Shown piece by piece: positions 58,795 to 64,000 of a stretch of DNA of 64,000 nt. The notes beneath the pieces are model-generated. The model was given only the letters and a program-made list of their open reading frames with translations. It ran no database searches and was not told the DNA's origin. A program made the position numbers and the translations under genes. Positions within the stretch are counted from its first letter, which is position 1. Each line of letters opens with the position of its first letter. Origin of the DNA: Macrostomum lignano (lineage: Eukaryota); the NCBI GenBank assembly GCA_002269645.1, contig NIVC01001313.1, forward strand, positions 124,001 to 188,000, in the 5' to 3' direction.

Positions 58795-61700
58795 AATTCT
58801 AAGTTGTGGCAAAATACTAAGTTGCAAAAATTGACAATGTCAATAACAAGTCCCAAACAGTTTCATTCCTATGGAGGGCCAGATGGAAAGGCTTTGCGGG
58901 CCACATATGGCCCGTGAACTAGAGTTTGATGACCCCTGTTTTAGTTTTTAGCCTTTCTCCTTCTCCTTTGGCACCTCTGATCAAAATTTCAAGTCTGCCG
59001 CAATCTTAAAACTTAAACCACTATGGGCGCTGTAACAAAAATCACTAAAATGCTGTTAGCGTATAGAATAGAGACAATGCCAAGAGATCCAAAAAATTAC
59101 TGTTCTTGCCCTTGCAATTTTCATTCATTTGAAATATCTATATGACTGTGTACTAAATAAATTAGTCAAGAACCACTAAAGTCACTTTAAGCATAGTCCT
59201 TGAAATGAATGCAGTACAGTTATAAAATGTTTAAATTCATTGAAAATTTGAGCATTTTCAGACTTTTGGCTACTCTAACACAGAATTGAATATTGGCCTA
59301 GTTGTGTCATAATGCCACAAACTGATATAACAGCAGGAGTTTAAGTGCCCTTAGATTAGAAGAAATTATGTGCAATGTGCCCTCCTATCAATAGCCCCCC
59401 TACCATGAAATATGTTCCAACACTACTGGCTTGAGCTACAGTATAGTTACATATAGTCTAGGGAGTCTTGCAGTCCAAGGCCAGCTTAATATATAGTTGA
59501 CCACTAGAAGGCAGCATTGTTCCAGGCAAGGCAGTGATTGAGACCATCTTGCTATACAATGTCAAGACCTATTGCTATGTATATTTTGTGAATAGAAGAC
59601 CCGGCCACTTCAAGTATTATCTTCGGTCCGTGTACTCCTCAACTACATGTACTTCTTAATTAACTTCTGCATTCAAAATTTAACATATACAAATGTGGAA
59701 CATAGGATTTCAGCCCATCGTGCTGCACACATTTCAAACATATAAGCGCATTATATTTTGTTAGTACATGTACAAGCATATAACAGAGATGCATCAATCA
59801 AAAGCCAGAAGATGTTTTAGAAGGGTATTAAATTAGCCTATTGCCTTAGTCATTTCTGGGTTCAATTTTACTTTTTTTGTAGTGGTGGGGGATAGTTTAT
59901 TGGCAGTTGACAAAGTGACCAATGTTGGGAAACTCCCTATTGGCCAGTTGACAAAGTGACCAAGGTTTGAGATTGCTTCATTGGCTAGTTGAAAAAATGA
60001 CCAGTGATAAAACCAAGTTGACAAAATGGCCACTTGACAAAATGCCAATTGATAAAATGACTAGGACCACACTTTTGCTGCAAAAAACTTGCAACCTTTT
60101 TTACAGAAGAAAATACAATCATAAAGTCAAAAGTTTTCATTGAAAACAATGTTTTAAACAAATTATCTTTGTATAAACATAAAGGTAGATAAAAATACTA
60201 TAATATTTGATGTTTTTAGTGAAGAAAATTTTCTACATCATACTTTTATGTACTTAAAATCTTTTTTTACAATTTCTAATAGAGAGAAAGACAAAACAAT
60301 TTCAAATTTGTGTTCTGTATGCAAAACTACATATATAGAGCACAAATTTTAGGAAGAAATCTCTGTTGCTCATGAAGTTCTTAGTTCTATCTCAATGTAT
60401 TGGTTTTGTTATTAAAAATATGAAAAATCAAATTTTTTTTAATCCAAAATATGAAAGCTTTTTGAAGCTATTTTTCTATATTAAATGGCAAGACAAAGCA
60501 AATAGAAAAGGTCTCAAAATTTAAGATTTTGTCACTCTTAATGAAATTTAGGCTTAAATTAGTTAAACACTATAGGTATAAGGCAGAAATAACAATGTAT
60601 TATATTTATTGTATGAAATGCCTTGTCCTATAATCAATTGTATAATTTAGAATTGAAGGCAAAGATAGAAAAATTTAAGGCTTTAAAAACTATTTTTAAT
60701 TTAAATGAGTAGGTAACAATTAATAATTAAAGTAACTAACAAAAAAGTAACTATTCTCTGGTACAGTAGTGTATTCAAATGGGAAATAGGAGATTCTCAA
60801 TGCTCTAATACTCCAGTGGTTATATAATGTTCTGCTATCCTACTTACTAGCTCATTACTAGCTAGCTATTTGGCAGCCTAGCTGTTCCACTTATCTAGCT
60901 ATTCAGCTAGTCTATAATACAAACATACCAAATTTGGCTACTCTACATTGAGATCCCAATTTTCTGCTTTACTACATAGGAGCACAATAGATACACCCCT
61001 TGTGGCACTAAAATGCCCCTAGAATCTCAGCTGTAGCACTAAAAAAGTATATAAAAATCTTTAAAATAATCATTCTCTTCATCTTTATCCTCATCTATGC
61101 TTCTAGAATCCTTTGCAAGTATTAATAGGACATAATAGTCTTTCTTCATGTAATCAACGTAGAGATTATACTTGTATTCCTTGTCTAGGTAGTCATCTAA
61201 GGCAATAATAAAGCACTGATCAAGGATATCTTTGCTTCGTCCAACAGTGAGAATAGACAGAGGATCTCTCCATGTTCCCAATAGGCGCTATCCTCATATT
61301 GGAACTTTAGCTTTGCAGACAGTGCAAATAGTTTGCTGCATCCTTGATTCTATCTGCAAAGGCCAAAAATCAGATAGAGAAGCGACCCCTAGCAAATATG
61401 GGGAGACACACTTCTCAAACTTGCAAAGTCCATTCTCAGTAGCTGACGCCAAGTTCACGATTAGGTATATCCCATAGAAAAGTGCTAATATACTCTCTAG
61501 GGGTTCGAGTCCCTGCTGGGCTGCTAGCTACATGCGCATATTATTGAGAAGCACCTGGGTGGGGGAGGGGTTAGAGGAGAAACTGGTTAGAAACTTATTC
61601 CAAACTTGCCTTCATTATATGCAATGTTTAGTATAATAGTCAATCTATATACCAGCAATGATCTGTTAATGACATGGCAATTAGTCATCAAAAAATTAAT

Positions 61701-64000
61701 GCACAAAAAGGCTCATTTTCAGTTTCTGGCAATCCTTAGCACTAGAATTAGCTATCACTAATATGCTGTATGAATTGACAAGCTCATTGAGTGCAGCATC
61801 TATATCTTCCATATAGACTGTAGCAGTTCCATCCTTGACCTCAAAGCAACAGGCCTACTTGGCAAAAGTCTCTGGTGTTGATCTATGAAAAATGCACACT
61901 ATGTTAGAAATTGTACTCTCATAATGTGTTTTATCAAATATGTAACTTATCCACTAGCATACAATCATCAACAATGGATCAACAATAATGTACATATACA
62001 AGTAGTGTCAACATACCTAAATCTTGGAGTAGTGCTGGCCCTTTTTAGTTGTTGCATTTGTCATTAAGTCAATAGAGTGTTGCCTTGGGCAGCTTCAAGC
62101 AAAGTTTCCATGGTGCCAGCCTTAGCTAGACAACTATTTATGCTGTATTCAGTGGCACTAATAGTCGCAGCAGCAGGCAGATACAGCTTGTCAGTGTGCT
62201 TGAATCTGCCAATACATTGCAGCACTTTGCAAATATAAGCCTAGATATGCTGCAGCTATACATGGCAGTCTAGAACCAATGATGCATATAAAAACATTAT
62301 TTGGCTTGATTACCACAGTGCTCCTTTTGGCTTGGCTTCTATTGTCATCATCTCAAACACAAAGTCTCCATTTAGCCACTTGTAAGCATTGTCTAGCTGG
62401 CCTTTCAGAACTCAAATTTTGCATTTTAGGTCAAAAGTGGCTTTCTTGGCCTTTTTGGTAGCGCAGCATTGCCAGCTCTCATCTTTTGCTTGCAACTAAA
62501 GCTTTTGGATGGTTGCAGCTTGCATCTTCACTTTGAATTGCCAGTCATGCATTGCCAGGTGCTCCTGCCGATTGAGTTGCTGGTTGATATGCTTTGTTTG
62601 CAGCCATTGCTGCAGCTTTAGATGAAAACAGCAGATGCATTCATTGTGAGATGAAATCTGTAAATAGAACTTGATCTGTTCCTGTCTCAGTAAATAGATT
62701 TCCTCTAGCAAGGCAGCCTCAATACCATGCTACTTATCTACTGATGGCAAAGCAGGAGGTTGTAATTGGGGAGTTAAAAACTACTGATCAGACAGGCCTA
62801 AGTTGTACCAAGATTCGCCACTTCTCTGCTTTTCTCAATTATGTGATTTGTACAGAGAATTTTCTGTCTGCTACAGAGCTGCAATATGCCTCAACAGCTT
62901 CTATTTCTGCTGATCATCAATCGGCTTGTGATGACCAAGCAGCTCCAGAACTGTGTCAGCCCTATGATGTCTTAGCAGGATTCTTTTTTCATCTACATTT
63001 CGCAGTCAATTACAGTCTTAACTGTACACATTACTATACCTTGTTTTGGTCATAAGCACTTTGGTATAGCAGATGTGGCAGGGCCAGGTGTGGCTATGGC
63101 AGGTGAAGCTTGTCTCTGACATCTTTTTGAAAGTGTCTTACACAAAGAATGGAAAGACAAAGTCAAACTAGCAATTGACAATTAGGTATCTATTAACAAT
63201 GTCAATGATACTGAAGTGAAGATCCAAACAATGAAATGCAATGTATAGTTAAAGTTAATGCTTTTATTAGCAATGCTTTAAAACTTCTGGAGCATAAATG
63301 TCATTTAATATTTTATATCTAGACAACTCTTAAGACTAAAAATGAATATATCTATACGAGCGTATATACAAAAAAGTTTCACAGTTCCACATGTTTGAAC
63401 TACTGGATTCTAAAAAAGGTTAGCACCTAAAAAACTTGATCAGCCCAAGCCTAACTTTGCCTAAAACTTAATAACTTATGTACTTATATATATATAATTG
63501 TATATACTTATATGTAGTTGTATATACTTATATGTACTTATACTTATGTAACTATATGTTTTACTACAATTTAACCTTTTTGTGCTGGAGCTACAAATAC
63601 AAAAGCTCCATTCTTGCTGACATGGTCAGCTGGGCTGACTATAGACCATAGCTAGAATCTTAATGCACCCCTGTGCAAAGCCTTTTTAGCCAAGAAAGGA
63701 ACATTTTATACTTTTAGCATATGCAAATGGAACCCTGTTAAATATAATATATTTAATATAAAATTTTTGCTATAATTTTTTTGCTAATTTTTTTTTCTTT
63801 TTTCTTAACTTTTGATCTAAACTTAGCATTTAACTTAAGTGTCTATTTTTTCAATGAAATATTTTTAATAGAAAAAAGATAAGAAATGAGATAAGAGTAA
63901 GAAGAAAAAGACAAAACAAGAAGAAAAGTTCCATAGACCAGATAGAAAGAGGCAAAGGCTAGAGTTTTTCTTTGTCTCTCAGACATCAGACAGACATCAC

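Noticed and set aside
53639-60063. One 6.4-kb element bounded by inverted GTCATTTTATCAA ends
   Set aside because: Each end is better explained as its own small self-contained MITE.
61490-61520. GGTTCGAGTCC B-box as a tRNA gene
   Set aside because: No cloverleaf or convincing A-box around it.

Overview
Animal genomic DNA with GC-rich, Ala-rich exons and introns filled with minisatellites. This resembles the flatworm Macrostomum (inference from sequence style only). Four protein-coding loci are supported. (1) A 15-exon huntingtin on the minus strand (1829-21707, ~2980 aa) with a conserved N17, no N-terminal polyQ, and one +2 frameshift in exon 2. (2) A divergently oriented Rabaptin-5/RABEP1-like gene with a degenerate C-terminal FYVE domain (29429-32763, +). 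(3) A ~95-aa ZFP36/TIS11-type tandem CCCH zinc-finger gene (39510-41216, -) that the ORF track misses. (4) An intronless class I SAM methyltransferase (48610-49395, -) with an inverted, MITE-disrupted pseudogene copy (~51085-51660, +). The remainder is about 25 tandem-repeat arrays, hAT-type elements with 8-bp TSDs, a tRNA-derived SINE family, a foldback element and two strongly CpG-depleted decayed regions. Most long ORFs in the track are repeat artefacts. All protein alignments were done by eye against remembered human sequences; no database search was run.
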